From assembly GCF_041886205.1 (NCBI RefSeq), contig NZ_CP169029.1: a stretch of DNA of 64,000 nucleotides, one strand, 5' to 3'. Below the pieces are notes generated by a model. That model had not been told where the DNA came from and made no database searches. It saw only the letters and a list, made by a program, of their open reading frames with translations. Shown here in pieces: positions 51,433 to 62,890 of the stretch. Source of the stretch: Escherichia coli. Its GTDB lineage: Bacteria > Pseudomonadota > Gammaproteobacteria > Enterobacterales > Enterobacteriaceae. The position numbers and the translations under genes were made by a program. The stretch's first letter is position 1; the number at the start of each line of letters is the position of its first letter.

Positions 51433-52623
51433 CTATTGCGTCTGTTCTTCGAGTGTCACTGGCCAGCGGCGAAATATAATGATTGACCATATTAACGCGG
51501 CAAAAGCAGGCACCGCGCCCACATAACCAATCATCGACATTGACCAGTGCAAACTCACCTGATTACCTACCAACGCACCCGCCCCGATTCCAATATTAAA
51601 TATCCCGGAGAATAGCGCCATCGCGACGTCGGTTGCATCTGGTGCCAGCGCCAGCACTTTAACCTGCATACCAAGCCCGATGATCATCATGGCGATCCCC
51701 CAGAAAATACTCAGCACCCCGAGGTGTATTTCACTGTTCGCCGCAGGTAGCAGCAGTGCCAGGCACACCAGCAACAGCGCAATCGCCGTACTTACCAACG
51801 CAGACGCATACTGATTACCCAGTTTACCGAAAATTACGCTGCCAATAATGCCCGCACCACCGAGTAATAACAGTAATGCCGTGGCAAAGTTGGCGCTGAA
51901 TCCCGCAATGTTTTGCACAAAAGGCTCGATATAGCTGTATGCCGTGTAATGGGCGGTGACAACCACCACAGTTAACAAATAAATGCTCATCAATGCCGGG
52001 CGGCGGAACAATAGCGGGAGGCTTTTCAATGAACCGGAATGCTCACTGGGCAGTAAGGGAAGTAACTTAATCAGGCACAAAAGGGTGATAAGCGCCCCTA
52101 TACCAATCGCGAAGAAGGTCATTCGCCAACCGAAATACTGCCCCACAATGCGCCCGAGAGGTAAACCTAAGACCATCGCCAGTGCTGTACCGGTGGCAAT
52201 TAAACTCAAGGCCTGTGCCCGCTTCCCGGCCGGAGCCATACGGATCGCCAGAGACGCCGTAATCGACCAGAAAATCGCATGTGCAAAAGCCACACCAATG
52301 CGACTGATCACCAGAACGGTAAAGCTCCACGATAAAAACGACAGTACGTGGCTGGCAATAAACACCACAAACAGGCAGATCAGTAATTTGCGCCGTTCAA
52401 CCTGACTGGTCATTAACATAAAAGGCAATGACATTAGCGCTACTACCCATGCGTAAATGGTCAACATAATGCCGACCTGAGCGGTTTGCATGTGAAAACT
52501 TTGCGCAATGTCAGAGAGCAGGCCAACAGGGACAAATTCGGTGGTGTTGAAGATGAAGGCGGCGACTGCCAGCGTAACGACCCGTAGCCACGCCACTTTG
52601 CGGGAAACAGTGTTTGTTGTCAT
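51433..52623 (-). CDS. sotB: MFS sugar efflux transporter
   Basis: 396 aa, 12-TM MFS protein. Confidence 0.85.
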
Positions 52624-52772
52624 AACAGATTATCGGGTGAGTTGCGAAAAAGTGATGAAATGATCTTAAAACGGTTAATGATGTGAATACAATGCATTTG
52701 TGATCTGGATCGCGTTTTCCGTTTCTCTGATGCTGATTCTGTTCCGCGTCAGAGAGTCGGTAACATCACGGT

Positions 52773-53888
52773 TTAATGACGTTCAGGGAGGTCTGGCGTT
52801 TTGGCGGTTGCGGGTATAGTTGGTCTGACAGGGGAGCGAGGCCTGTTTTTCACCAGGTCTTCGTGAGTAACTTTTGGCGGTGTTTCATTTTTTACAAACA
52901 GTTTGAGGGTCCTGCGCGCCATATGTTTGATAATTTTATCATCACTTAATGATGCTGGCATCAACACGTCATTCAAATCACTTTCATTGGGATTCATAAA
53001 TTGGTGATAGTGCAATAACATATTGGCGAAAAATAAAAACAAGTTCTGAAAATGAGGAGATTCTTGTTCTGCTAAAAGGGATAAAAAGCAGATGCAGACT
53101 TCGGGTAGTACATGTTTGTTAGAACCTAATGAATCCATCAGGCTTTGCAACAAATCCTCTTTTAATTCGCTGTCCGTTATGTCGAGAATGGCGGTGATCA
53201 AGTTAGGATCTTTATTGACGAACCATCTGTGAACCTCAGAGTCATTCCATAATCGGGGGAGTATGACAAAATTACCGCGAGAGATAAAATTCAGGACAAG
53301 CAAATCAAACTGGCGTAAGTAATCTGCAGCGGTATGGTGATCCGGAGGCAGGGGTTCAATATGTGGTGTATGCGCTCTTTTGATGGGAACACCAGGGTTG
53401 ATCATTGGAAATTGTTCAATAAAATCATTCAGAAACAGAAAGAGTACACGCTCGACGCCGGTCTGAAATACGCGCCCCATAGTGACAGGCTTTGGGTTGG
53501 GAGCGCAAAAAATATTAATTTCTCCATCATGGCGAAAATTATCTAAATAAATAGGGCTTAAATTTATTACTACCTGAAATTCAATATTTTCTTTGTGTCT
53601 TCCATTCCTGGCGGGATAAGTGAGTTTAAACTGAACCTTTTCATTGTATAGCGTGTCGTTACCCCGAAAAGAAGTCCTCTGAATATATGATAAGTTGTCA
53701 AGGTTATTAAATATCTTTTTTGTGACTGAGTTGATGTTTAAAGACGTGCGCCACTCTTCATCACATATTATTGTACTAAGTGCATCAATAAAATCCTTTA
53801 AAGCTTCTTTTACCTGAGGTGCAATATTACGTACGGGAAAATCATCAGGAAGAGATATGTAATTGCTGATGCTTACTGGCGTAACCAT
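52773..53888 (-). CDS. yneK: uncharacterised protein YneK
   Basis: 371 aa; no recognisable motifs; named by synteny. Confidence 0.55.
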   Translation of the reverse strand: MVTPVSISNYISLPDDFPVRNIAPQVKEALKDFIDALSTIICDEEWRTSLNINSVTKKIFNNLDNLSYIQRTSFRGNDTLYNEKVQFKLTYPARNGRHKENIEFQVVINLSPIYLDNFRHDGEINIFCAPNPKPVTMGRVFQTGVERVLFLFLNDFIEQFPMINPGVPIKRAHTPHIEPLPPDHHTAADYLRQFDLLVLNFISRGNFVILPRLWNDSEVHRWFVNKDPNLITAILDITDSELKEDLLQSLMDSLGSNKHVLPEVCICFLSLLAEQESPHFQNLFLFFANMLLHYHQFMNPNESDLNDVLMPASLSDDKIIKHMARRTLKLFVKNETPPKVTHEDLVKNRPRSPVRPTIPATAKTPDLPERH

Positions 53889-53965
53889 ATTTGCCCCATA
53901 TAGTCATAAGTCATCGGAACATCACTATATAGAGCATATTAGCCGCAAGAACTATCAAAAATAGC

Positions 53966-54847
53966 TCATTGATAACCCTGTTTTGCCGAGTCAGGCACAT
54001 CCAGCAGTTGAATAAATGCCTCAAGCGGACGCGTTTTCGCACCACGACGCCAGACCAGCCAGGTTGTTAACCAACGCCATTGCTCAGCTAACGGCCACGC
54101 TTCAACCTGGTGATGCCCCGGCATACTTTCCAGCATAGAGCGTGGAATAAGCGCAATGCCTGCTCCTGCGACCACACAGGCCAACATTCCGTGATAAGAC
54201 TCCATCTCATGGATAGTTCCCGGAGCGGCACCGTCAGCATGAAACCAGCTCTCGAAGTGGCGACGATACGAACAATTGGCGCGGAAGGCATAAATGTTAC
54301 TGCCGTTAACCTGACTGGCGCGGATTACTGGCGCATGACCTTGTGGCGTGACGATCATCAGCTCCTCGCGGTATACCGGTATCCCGTCAATGGCAGTATG
54401 GTTAATGGGCCCATCAATAAATGCCGCATTCAGTTTTCCCTCCAGCACCCCTTCCAGCATAGTGCCGGAAGGGCCGGTGGAAAGTGAAAACTGAATTTTG
54501 GGATAACGACGGTTGAATTCCGCCAGCGTGGCCGGAATGCGCACTGCTGCGGTGCTTTCCAGCGAACCAAGAGAAAATAAACCTTGCGGCTCATCGCCAG
54601 CGACAACGCTCCGCGCTTCATCCACTAACGCGAGAATTTGTTGGCTATAGCGTAAAAAGTTATGCCCGGCAGGAGAGAGACGTAAACGCTGATTCTCGCG
54701 AATAAACAGATCAACCCCCAGTTCTGTTTCCAGCTGGCGCAGACGGGTAGTGAGATTCGACGGCACGCGATGCACTTTTGCTGCAGCCTGGGTTATGCTG
54801 CCAGCTTCGGCAACCGCGTTGAACATCTCCAGTTGGGTCAGATCCAT
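53966..54847 (-). CDS. yneJ: LysR-family transcriptional regulator
   Basis: 293 aa; N-terminal LysR HTH; divergent from sad. Confidence 0.8.
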   Translation of the reverse strand: MDLTQLEMFNAVAEAGSITQAAAKVHRVPSNLTTRLRQLETELGVDLFIRENQRLRLSPAGHNFLRYSQQILALVDEARSVVAGDEPQGLFSLGSLESTAAVRIPATLAEFNRRYPKIQFSLSTGPSGTMLEGVLEGKLNAAFIDGPINHTAIDGIPVYREELMIVTPQGHAPVIRASQVNGSNIYAFRANCSYRRHFESWFHADGAAPGTIHEMESYHGMLACVVAGAGIALIPRSMLESMPGHHQVEAWPLAEQWRWLTTWLVWRRGAKTRPLEAFIQLLDVPDSAKQGYQ

Positions 54848-54947
54848 AGCATTCTCGATTCGTGAATAAGTGGCTTAATATTATTCATTTTAAAGCAAGA
54901 GTAAATCTGCGTATCTTCATACCATGACTCATAAAGGAGATACCCCG

Positions 54948-56336
54948 ATGACCATTACTCCGGCAACTCATGCAATTTCGATAAATCCTGCCACGGGTGA
55001 ACAACTTTCTGTGCTGCCGTGGACTGGCGCTGACGATATCGAAAACGCACTTCAGCTGGCGGCAGCAGGCTTTCGCGACTGGCGCGAGACAAATATAGAT
55101 TATCGTGCTGAAAAACTGCGTGATATCGGTAAGGCTCTGCGCGCTCGTAGCGAAGAAATGGCGCAAATGATCACCCGCGAAATGGGCAAACCAATCAACC
55201 AGGCGCGCGCTGAAGTGGCGAAATCGGCGAATTTGTGTGACTGGTATGCAGAACATGGTCCGGCAATGCTGAAGGCGGAACCTACGCTGGTGGAAAATCA
55301 GCAGGCGGTTATTGAGTATCGACCGTTGGGGACGATTCTGGCGATTATGCCGTGGAATTTTCCGTTATGGCAGGTGATGCGTGGCGCTGTTCCCATCATT
55401 CTTGCAGGTAACGGCTACTTACTTAAACATGCGCCGAATGTGATGGGCTGTGCACAGCTCATTGCCCAGGTGTTTAAAGATGCGGGTATCCCACAAGGCG
55501 TATATGGCTGGCTGAATGCCGACAACGACGGTGTCAGTCAGATGATTAAAGACTCGCGCATTGCTGCTGTCACGGTGACCGGAAGTGTTCGTGCGGGAGC
55601 GGCTATTGGCGCACAGGCTGGAGCGGCACTGAAAAAATGCGTACTGGAACTGGGCGGTTCGGATCCGTTTATTGTGCTTAACGATGCCGATCTGGAACTG
55701 GCGGTGAAAGCGGCGGTAGCCGGACGTTATCAGAATACCGGACAGGTATGTGCAGCGGCAAAACGCTTTATTATCGAAGAGGGAATTGCTTCGGCATTTA
55801 CCGAACGTTTTGTGGCAGCTGCGGCAGCCTTGAAAATGGGCGATCCCCGTGACGAAGAGAACGCTCTCGGACCAATGGCTCGTTTTGATTTACGTGATGA
55901 GCTGCATCATCAGGTGGAGAAAACCCTGGCGCAGGGTGCGCGTTTGTTACTGGGCGGGGAAAAGATGGCTGGGGCAGGTAACTACTATCCGCCAACGGTT
56001 CTGGCGAATGTTACCCCAGAAATGACCGCGTTTCGGGAAGAAATGTTTGGCCCCGTTGCGGCAATCACCATTGCGAAAGATGCAGAACATGCACTGGAAC
56101 TGGCTAATGATAGTGAGTTCGGCCTTTCAGCGACCATTTTTACCACTGACGAAACACAGGCCAGACAGATGGCGGCACGTCTGGAATGCGGTGGGGTGTT
56201 TATCAATGGTTATTGTGCCAGCGACGCGCGAGTGGCCTTTGGTGGCGTGAAAAAGAGTGGCTTTGGTCGTGAGCTTTCCCATTTCGGCTTACACGAATTC
56301 TGTAATATCCAGACGGTGTGGAAAGACCGGATCTGA
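54948..56336 (+). CDS. sad: NAD-dependent succinate-semialdehyde dehydrogenase
   Basis: 462 aa from [18 protein letters not shown]...; aldehyde dehydrogenase motifs (ELGGSDP, catalytic Cys); RBS AAGGAGA. Confidence 0.85.
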   Translation: MTITPATHAISINPATGEQLSVLPWTGADDIENALQLAAAGFRDWRETNIDYRAEKLRDIGKALRARSEEMAQMITREMGKPINQARAEVAKSANLCDWYAEHGPAMLKAEPTLVENQQAVIEYRPLGTILAIMPWNFPLWQVMRGAVPIILAGNGYLLKHAPNVMGCAQLIAQVFKDAGIPQGVYGWLNADNDGVSQMIKDSRIAAVTVTGSVRAGAAIGAQAGAALKKCVLELGGSDPFIVLNDADLELAVKAAVAGRYQNTGQVCAAAKRFIIEEGIASAFTERFVAAAAALKMGDPRDEENALGPMARFDLRDELHHQVEKTLAQGARLLLGGEKMAGAGNYYPPTVLANVTPEMTAFREEMFGPVAAITIAKDAEHALELANDSEFGLSATIFTTDETQARQMAARLECGGVFINGYCASDARVAFGGVKKSGFGRELSHFGLHEFCNIQTVWKDRI

Positions 56337-56399
56337 CGCGACATATTCAGCTCTGATATACTCGCAGGTCTTTTCAGACCTGCGGTCCAGGAGTAGAAA

Positions 56400-57326
56400 G
56401 TGGCAGTCGCCATGGATAATGCAATTTTAGAAAACATCTTGCGGCAAGTGCGGCCGCTCATTGGTCAGGGTAAAGTCGCGGATTATATTCCGGCGCTGGC
56501 TACAGTAGACGGTTCCCGATTGGGGATTGCTATCTGTACCGTTGACGGACAGCTTTTTCAGGCCGGAGACGCGCAAGAACGTTTTTCCATTCAGTCTATT
56601 TCCAAAGTGCTGAGTCTCGTTGTCGCCATGCGTCATTACTCCGAAGAGGAAATCTGGCAACGCGTCGGCAAAGATCCGTCTGGATCACCGTTCAATTCCT
56701 TAGTGCAACTGGAAATGGAGCAGGGTATACCGCGTAATCCGTTCATTAATGCCGGTGCGCTGGTGGTCTGCGATATGTTGCAAGGGCGATTAAGCGCACC
56801 ACGGCAACGTATGCTGGAAGTCGTGCGCGGCTTAAGCGGTGTGTCTGATATTTCCTACGATACGGTGGTAGCGCGTTCCGAATTTGAACATTCCGCGCGA
56901 AATGCGGCTATCGCCTGGCTGATGAAGTCGTTTGGCAATTTCCATCATGACGTGACAACCGTTCTGCAAAACTACTTTCATTACTGCGCTCTGAAAATGA
57001 GCTGTGTAGAGCTGGCCCGGACGTTTGTCTTTCTGGCTAATCAGGGGAAAGCTATTCATATTGATGAACCAGTGGTGACGCCAATGCAGGCGCGGCAAAT
57101 TAACGCGCTGATGGCGACCAGTGGTATGTACCAGAACGCGGGGGAGTTTGCCTGGCGGGTGGGGCTACCGGCGAAATCTGGCGTTGGTGGCGGTATTGTG
57201 GCGATTGTTCCGCATGAAATGGCCATCGCTGTCTGGAGTCCGGAACTGGATGATGCAGGTAACTCGCTTGCGGGTATTGCCGTCCTTGAACAATTGACGA
57301 AACAGTTAGGGCGTTCGGTTTATTAA
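56400..57326 (+). CDS. glsB: glutaminase 2
   Basis: 308 aa; serine-dependent glutaminase motifs (SISKV, KSGVGGG). Confidence 0.9.
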   Translation: MAVAMDNAILENILRQVRPLIGQGKVADYIPALATVDGSRLGIAICTVDGQLFQAGDAQERFSIQSISKVLSLVVAMRHYSEEEIWQRVGKDPSGSPFNSLVQLEMEQGIPRNPFINAGALVVCDMLQGRLSAPRQRMLEVVRGLSGVSDISYDTVVARSEFEHSARNAAIAWLMKSFGNFHHDVTTVLQNYFHYCALKMSCVELARTFVFLANQGKAIHIDEPVVTPMQARQINALMATSGMYQNAGEFAWRVGLPAKSGVGGGIVAIVPHEMAIAVWSPELDDAGNSLAGIAVLEQLTKQLGRSVY

Positions 57327-57685
57327 TGCAGTCTCTCGATCCACTCTTCGCGCGTTTATCCCGTTCAAAATTTCGCTCTCGCTTTCGTCTGGGCATGAAA
57401 GAGCGTCAGTATTGCCTGGAGAAAGGCGCGCCAGTCATCGAACAACATGCGGCGGATTTTGTCGCTAAACGTCTTGCTCCGGCATTACCGGCTAATGACG
57501 GTAAGCAAACCCCCATGCGCGGGCATCCGGTGTTTATCGCTCAGCACGCCACCGCGACCTGCTGTCGCGGTTGTCTGGCTAAGTGGCATAACATTCCGCA
57601 GGGTGTTTCGTTAAGCGAAGAACAACAACGTTATATCGTGGCGGTAATCTATCACTGGCTGGTTGTACAGATGAATCAGCCATGA
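57326..57685 (+). CDS. yneG: DUF4186-family protein YneG
   Basis: 119 aa; start overlaps the glsB stop. Confidence 0.6.
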   Translation: MQSLDPLFARLSRSKFRSRFRLGMKERQYCLEKGAPVIEQHAADFVAKRLAPALPANDGKQTPMRGHPVFIAQHATATCCRGCLAKWHNIPQGVSLSEEQQRYIVAVIYHWLVVQMNQP

Positions 57686-57853
57686 GAATTGCGGAAAACG
57701 ACAAAATAGCATTCCCAAGGTACCTTTATTTGCCGCCGCTGTCAGCGAACATGCTATCCTTTATGAGAATTTACTTATTACGTTGAGATAATTGCCACCC
57801 GCAATTGTATGGACAGATAATTAATACATGTACACCCCATTTCAACTTTCCGT

Positions 57854-59242
57854 TTGTTCCAGGAAGGTCATCTGCTACGTAATAGCATCGCTATTTTTGC
57901 GCTAACCACGCTGTTCTATTTTATTGGTGCAGAGTTACGGCTGGTTCACGAACTTTCTCTTTTCTGGCCGCTGAATGGCGTAATGGCGGGGGTGTTTGCC
58001 CGCTATGTCTGGCTTAATCGACTGCATTACTATGCGATCAGTTATGTGGCGATGCTGGTTTATGATGCCATAACCACCGAATGGGGACTGGTTTCACTGG
58101 TTATCAATTTCTCCAATATGATGTTTATTGTTACCGTCGCCTTACTGGTCGTGCGGGATAAGCGTCTGGGGAAAAATAAGTATGAGCCAGTAAGTGCCTT
58201 ACGGCTATTTAATTACTGTCTCATTGCCGCATTATTATGCGCTATTGTCGGGGCGATTGGTTCGGTCAGTATTGATAGTCTGGATTTCTGGCCTTTGCTT
58301 GCGGACTGGTTCAGTGAGCAATTCTCAACGGGCGTGTTGATCGTGCCTTGTATGCTGACGTTGGCTATTCCTGGAGTGCTGCCGCGCTTTAAAGCAGAAC
58401 AGATGATGCCCGCCATCGCGCTTATTGTGTCGGTTATTGCCTCGGTAGTCATTGGCGGAGCGGGGAGTCTGGCGTTTCCGCTGCCTGCATTAATCTGGTG
58501 TGCAGTGCGCTATACGCCGCAGGTAACATGTCTGTTGACCTTTGTCACCGGTGCGGTGGAAATCGTACTGATAGCAAATTCGGTGATTGATGTCTCGGTC
58601 GGTTCGCCGTTCTCCATTCCGGAAATGTTCTCCGCACGTCTCGGTATTGCCACGATGGCGATATGCCCAATTATGGTTTCTTTTAGCGTGGCAGCGATCA
58701 ATTCGCTAATGAAGCAAGTTGCGCTGCGAGCCGACTTTGATTTTCTGACTCAGGTTTACTCACGGTCCGGTCTTTATGAGGCGCTGAAAAGTCCATCGCT
58801 GAAACAGACACAACATCTGACTGTCATGCTGCTTGATATCGACTATTTCAAAAGTATTAACGATAACTATGGACATGAATGTGGCGATAAAGTGTTAAGC
58901 GTGTTTGCAAGGCATATTCAGAAGATTGTCGGTGATAAGGGGCTGGTGGCACGAATGGGCGGCGAAGAATTTGCTGTTGCAGTGCCGTCGGTGAATCCTG
59001 TCGATGGTCTGCTAATGGCGGAAAAAATCCGTAAAGGCGTTGAACTGCAACCATTCACCTGGCAACAAAAAACGCTTTATCTCACGGTAAGTATTGGCGT
59101 CGGTAGTGGTTGCGCATCGTACCGAACGCTGACCGATGACTTTAATAAATTGATGGTCGAAGCCGATACGTGTCTGTATCGCTCGAAGAAAGATGGGCGC
59201 AACCGTACCAGCACTATGCGTTACGGTGAGGAAGTTGTCTGA
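57854..59242 (+). CDS. dgcF: membrane-anchored diguanylate cyclase (GGDEF)
   Basis: 462 aa; N-terminal multi-TM domain; C-terminal GGDEF with RMGGEEF. Confidence 0.7.
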   Translation: MFQEGHLLRNSIAIFALTTLFYFIGAELRLVHELSLFWPLNGVMAGVFARYVWLNRLHYYAISYVAMLVYDAITTEWGLVSLVINFSNMMFIVTVALLVVRDKRLGKNKYEPVSALRLFNYCLIAALLCAIVGAIGSVSIDSLDFWPLLADWFSEQFSTGVLIVPCMLTLAIPGVLPRFKAEQMMPAIALIVSVIASVVIGGAGSLAFPLPALIWCAVRYTPQVTCLLTFVTGAVEIVLIANSVIDVSVGSPFSIPEMFSARLGIATMAICPIMVSFSVAAINSLMKQVALRADFDFLTQVYSRSGLYEALKSPSLKQTQHLTVMLLDIDYFKSINDNYGHECGDKVLSVFARHIQKIVGDKGLVARMGGEEFAVAVPSVNPVDGLLMAEKIRKGVELQPFTWQQKTLYLTVSIGVGSGCASYRTLTDDFNKLMVEADTCLYRSKKDGRNRTSTMRYGEEVV

Positions 59243-59468
59243 TATCTTTATTCATTCCGCGCGATTTGAATGCAATGTGTTCTACCACTTTATGATCCAG
59301 GAAAAGGCGTATTTCCTCGATTAAACCATGATCCGCGCCACACTTTTCTCATAAAACTGCTCATTAATCATCAGGAGTTGATCAAAACAGGGGTTCAGCG
59401 TATTAAAGTTTGCTAACCTGTCGTACCAATTCAAACAGGTTGTATGACTAATCAGAAGGGAACCCATT

Positions 59469-60920
59469 GTGAAAACACTAAATCGTCGCGATTTTCCCGG
59501 TGCACAGTATCCAGAACGTATCATTCAGTTTGGTGAAGGTAACTTCCTGCGCGCCTTTGTTGACTGGCAAATCGATCTCCTGAATGAGCACACCGATCTG
59601 AATTCTGGCGTGGTCGTTGTTCGTCCGATTGAAACTTCATTCCCGCCGTCACTGAGCACGCAGGATGGTCTGTATACCACCATTATCCGTGGCCTGAATG
59701 AGAAGGGGGAAGCGGTCAGCGACGCGCGTCTGATTCGCTCGGTTAATCGTGAAATCAGCGTCTACAGTGAATACGATGAATTCCTGAAACTGGCTCACAA
59801 CCCGGAAATGCGCTTTGTTTTCTCTAACACCACCGAAGCGGGTATCAGCTACCATGCGGGCGATAAATTCGATGACGCGCCAGCGGTAAGCTATCCGGCA
59901 AAACTGACCCGTCTGCTGTTCGAACGCTTTAGCCATTTCAACGGTGCGCTGGATAAAGGTTGGATCATCATCCCGTGTGAGTTGATCGACTACAATGGCG
60001 ACGCGTTGCGTGAACTGGTGCTGCGCTATGCGCAAGAGTGGGCACTGCCAGAAGCATTTATTCAATGGCTGGATCAGGCTAACAGCTTCTGTTCTACACT
60101 GGTGGACCGTATCGTTACCGGCTATCCGCGTGATGAAGTGGCTAAACTGGAAGAAGAACTGGGTTATCACGATGGTTTCCTCGACACCGCTGAACACTTT
60201 TACCTGTTTGTGATTCAGGGGCCGAAATCCTTAGCGACTGAACTGCGTCTGGACAAATATCCGCTCAACGTGCTGATTGTTGACGATATTAAACCGTACA
60301 AAGAACGCAAAGTGGCAATCCTCAACGGTGCGCACACCGCGCTGGTGCCGGTGGCGTTCCAGGCAGGGTTGGATACCGTAGGTGAAGCGATGAACGATGC
60401 TGAAATTTGCGCATTCGTTGAAAAAGCCATCTACGAAGAAATTATTCCGGTTCTGGATTTGCCTCGCGATGAACTGGAGTCTTTCGCCAGTGCAGTCACC
60501 GGGCGTTTCCGTAACCCGTACATCAAGCATCAGCTGCTGTCTATCGCGCTCAACGGTATGACCAAGTTCCGCACCCGCATCCTGCCGCAGCTGCTGGCAG
60601 GGCAGAAGGCAAAAGGCACGCTTCCGGCGCGCCTTACTTTCGCATTAGCGGCATTGATTGCCTTCTATCGCGGTGAGCGTAACGGAGAAACATATCCGGT
60701 ACAGGACGATGCACACTGGCTGGAACGTTATCAGCAACTCTGGAACCAGCATCGTGACCGTGTCATCGGCACCCAGGAACTGGTAGCGATTGTTTTGGCA
60801 GAAAAAGACCACTGGGAGCAGGACCTGACGCAAGTGCCTGGTCTGGTCGAGCAGGTTGCTAATGACCTGGATGCGATTCTTGAAAAAGGGATGCGCGAAG
60901 CTGTACGTCCGTTGTGCTAA
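59469..60920 (+). CDS. uxaB: altronate oxidoreductase (tagaturonate reductase)
   Basis: 483 aa mannitol-dehydrogenase-family protein. Confidence 0.85.
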   Translation: MKTLNRRDFPGAQYPERIIQFGEGNFLRAFVDWQIDLLNEHTDLNSGVVVVRPIETSFPPSLSTQDGLYTTIIRGLNEKGEAVSDARLIRSVNREISVYSEYDEFLKLAHNPEMRFVFSNTTEAGISYHAGDKFDDAPAVSYPAKLTRLLFERFSHFNGALDKGWIIIPCELIDYNGDALRELVLRYAQEWALPEAFIQWLDQANSFCSTLVDRIVTGYPRDEVAKLEEELGYHDGFLDTAEHFYLFVIQGPKSLATELRLDKYPLNVLIVDDIKPYKERKVAILNGAHTALVPVAFQAGLDTVGEAMNDAEICAFVEKAIYEEIIPVLDLPRDELESFASAVTGRFRNPYIKHQLLSIALNGMTKFRTRILPQLLAGQKAKGTLPARLTFALAALIAFYRGERNGETYPVQDDAHWLERYQQLWNQHRDRVIGTQELVAIVLAEKDHWEQDLTQVPGLVEQVANDLDAILEKGMREAVRPLC

Positions 60921-60938
60921 TAACACCGTTACTTCTGA

Positions 60939-60966
60939 ACCCGGTTTCGACCGGGTTTCTTCTTTC
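60939..60966 (+). terminator. Rho-independent terminator after uxaB
   Basis: Stem ACCCGGT/ACCGGGT, loop TTCG, then TTCTTCTTTC. Confidence 0.55.
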
Positions 60967-61126
60967 ACCATATTAGTTACAACATCCTATGTGCCTTTAT
61001 CATTAACAGGTGCCACATGCAGCGCCTGTTAATGTTGTAAGCTTATAGGTAATTTGTAAGTAGCGTCTTGAGAATGTGATCGTAATCACGTTTAATAGGG
61101 CGACTTTTCCACGCCTGAAGATAACC

Positions 61127-62041
61127 ATGATTGTTCGTCCACAACAACACTGGCTGCGCCGTATTTTTGTCTGGCACGGCTCAGTATTATCCAAGATATC
61201 CTCGCGCTTACTACTCAATTTTCTCTTTTCTATCGCTGTTATTTTCATGCTGCCCTGGTACACGCATCTGGGCATCAAATTCACCCTCGCACCGTTCAGC
61301 ATTCTCGGTGTTGCCATCGCCATTTTTCTTGGTTTTCGTAATAATGCCGGTTACGCCCGTTACGTTGAAGCGCGAAAACTTTGGGGGCAGTTGATGATTG
61401 CCTCACGGTCGTTACTACGTGAGGTAAAAACGACATTGCCGGATTCGGCAAGTGTAAGGGAGTTTGCCAGGCTGCAAATCGCCTTCGCTCACTGTTTACG
61501 CATGACATTACGCAAACAGCCACAGGCGGAAGTGCTGGCACATTATCTCAAGACTGAAGATCTTCAGCGTGTACTGGCTTCGAACTCTCCAGCTAACCGT
61601 ATCTTGTTAATAATGGGGGAGTGGTTGGCGGTTCAGCGCCGCAATGGGCAGCTTTCAGATATCCTGTTTATTAGCCTCAACGATCGGCTTAACGATATTT
61701 CAGCGGTTCTGGCAGGCTGTGAGCGCATTGCCTACACGCCAATTCCCTTTGCCTACACCCTGATTTTGCATCGTACCGTTTATCTGTTTTGTATCATGCT
61801 GCCGTTCGCGCTAGTCGTGGACCTGCATTACATGACGCCTTTTATCTCTGTGCTGATTTCCTATACTTTTATTTCGCTGGATTGTCTGGCGGAAGAACTG
61901 GAAGATCCGTTCGGTACTGAAAACAATGATTTACCGCTGGATGCCATCTGCAACGCTATTGAAATTGACCTGTTACAGATGAACGATGAAGCCGAAATTC
62001 CAGCAAAAATTCTTCCCGATCGTCATTACCAGCTGACGTGA
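61127..62041 (+). CDS. yneE: bestrophin-family membrane protein
   Basis: 304 aa from MIVRPQQHWLRRIFVWHGSVLSKI...; multi-TM. Confidence 0.7.
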   Translation: MIVRPQQHWLRRIFVWHGSVLSKISSRLLLNFLFSIAVIFMLPWYTHLGIKFTLAPFSILGVAIAIFLGFRNNAGYARYVEARKLWGQLMIASRSLLREVKTTLPDSASVREFARLQIAFAHCLRMTLRKQPQAEVLAHYLKTEDLQRVLASNSPANRILLIMGEWLAVQRRNGQLSDILFISLNDRLNDISAVLAGCERIAYTPIPFAYTLILHRTVYLFCIMLPFALVVDLHYMTPFISVLISYTFISLDCLAEELEDPFGTENNDLPLDAICNAIEIDLLQMNDEAEIPAKILPDRHYQLT

Positions 62042-62044
62042 TAA

Positions 62045-62803
62045 TTACTCCGTACGGCGGGCAACAATAAAAAGACGCGGAAATGCCAGCAGTATCTGTC
62101 CGTTCTCTTGCAGTGGATACTGCTCTTCCAGCATCTGATGGTAGCGCGTAAGAAAAAGCTGCTGTTCGCTCTCGGTCAGATCCTGTAACCACGGACGTAA
62201 TCCAGTGGCGGTCACCCAATCGATAATCGCCTGGTGCGACGGCATCTGGTGATAGTAGGTGGTTCGCCAGATATCGACCTCACATCCGGCTTCGCTCAAA
62301 ATATCGTAGTAAGCATGAACGCCAGCCAACGGCTCACGCCCGCGATCCGGGTAGTTTTGTTCCCAGGCAACTTCGCGCATGAGCACATGGGTCGGCTCCA
62401 GCCAGTTATCTGGCATCTGTACTGCCAGCACGCCCTGCGGATTAAGTAAAGAAACCAAGTGAGGAAACAATTCGTAGTGGTCGGGCAGCCATTGCAGTGA
62501 GGCATTAGCAAAAATCAGATCGAGTGCCTGTTCCGGTTGCCAGTTGCGGATGTCTGCTTCCACGAACTGGCAGTCTGGCAAAGCACTGCGCGCTTCAGCA
62601 ATCATCGCCGGAGACGAGTCGATGCCTGTTATCCTGGCCGCAGGCCAACGTTGATGCAGCAGGGCGGTGCTGTTACCTGGGCCACAGCCAAGATCGGCAA
62701 CGTATTTGATATTCTCCAGCGGCACTCTGGCAAGCAGCTCCACCGCCGGACGCGATCGTTCAGCGGCAAAGTGCAGATATAAAGAGGGGTTCCAGTCAGA
62801 CAT
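62045..62803 (-). CDS. tam: trans-aconitate 2-methyltransferase
   Basis: 252 aa SAM-dependent methyltransferase ([10 protein letters not shown]); RBS GGGAG. Confidence 0.85.
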   Translation of the reverse strand: MSDWNPSLYLHFAAERSRPAVELLARVPLENIKYVADLGCGPGNSTALLHQRWPAARITGIDSSPAMIAEARSALPDCQFVEADIRNWQPEQALDLIFANASLQWLPDHYELFPHLVSLLNPQGVLAVQMPDNWLEPTHVLMREVAWEQNYPDRGREPLAGVHAYYDILSEAGCEVDIWRTTYYHQMPSHQAIIDWVTATGLRPWLQDLTESEQQLFLTRYHQMLEEQYPLQENGQILLAFPRLFIVARRTE

Positions 62804-62890
62804 TTATTTACTCCCGTCAGCGCGTTACCCCAATTGTAGATAAAACTGTTGACATCCTCCACGCCCTGAATGACGAGGATCCTGCTACGT

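Noticed and set aside
51983-52405. ORF 51983..52405 (+) and 52067..52330 (-) inside sotB
   Set aside because: Contained within the 396-aa MFS transporter gene; antisense or out-of-frame artefacts.
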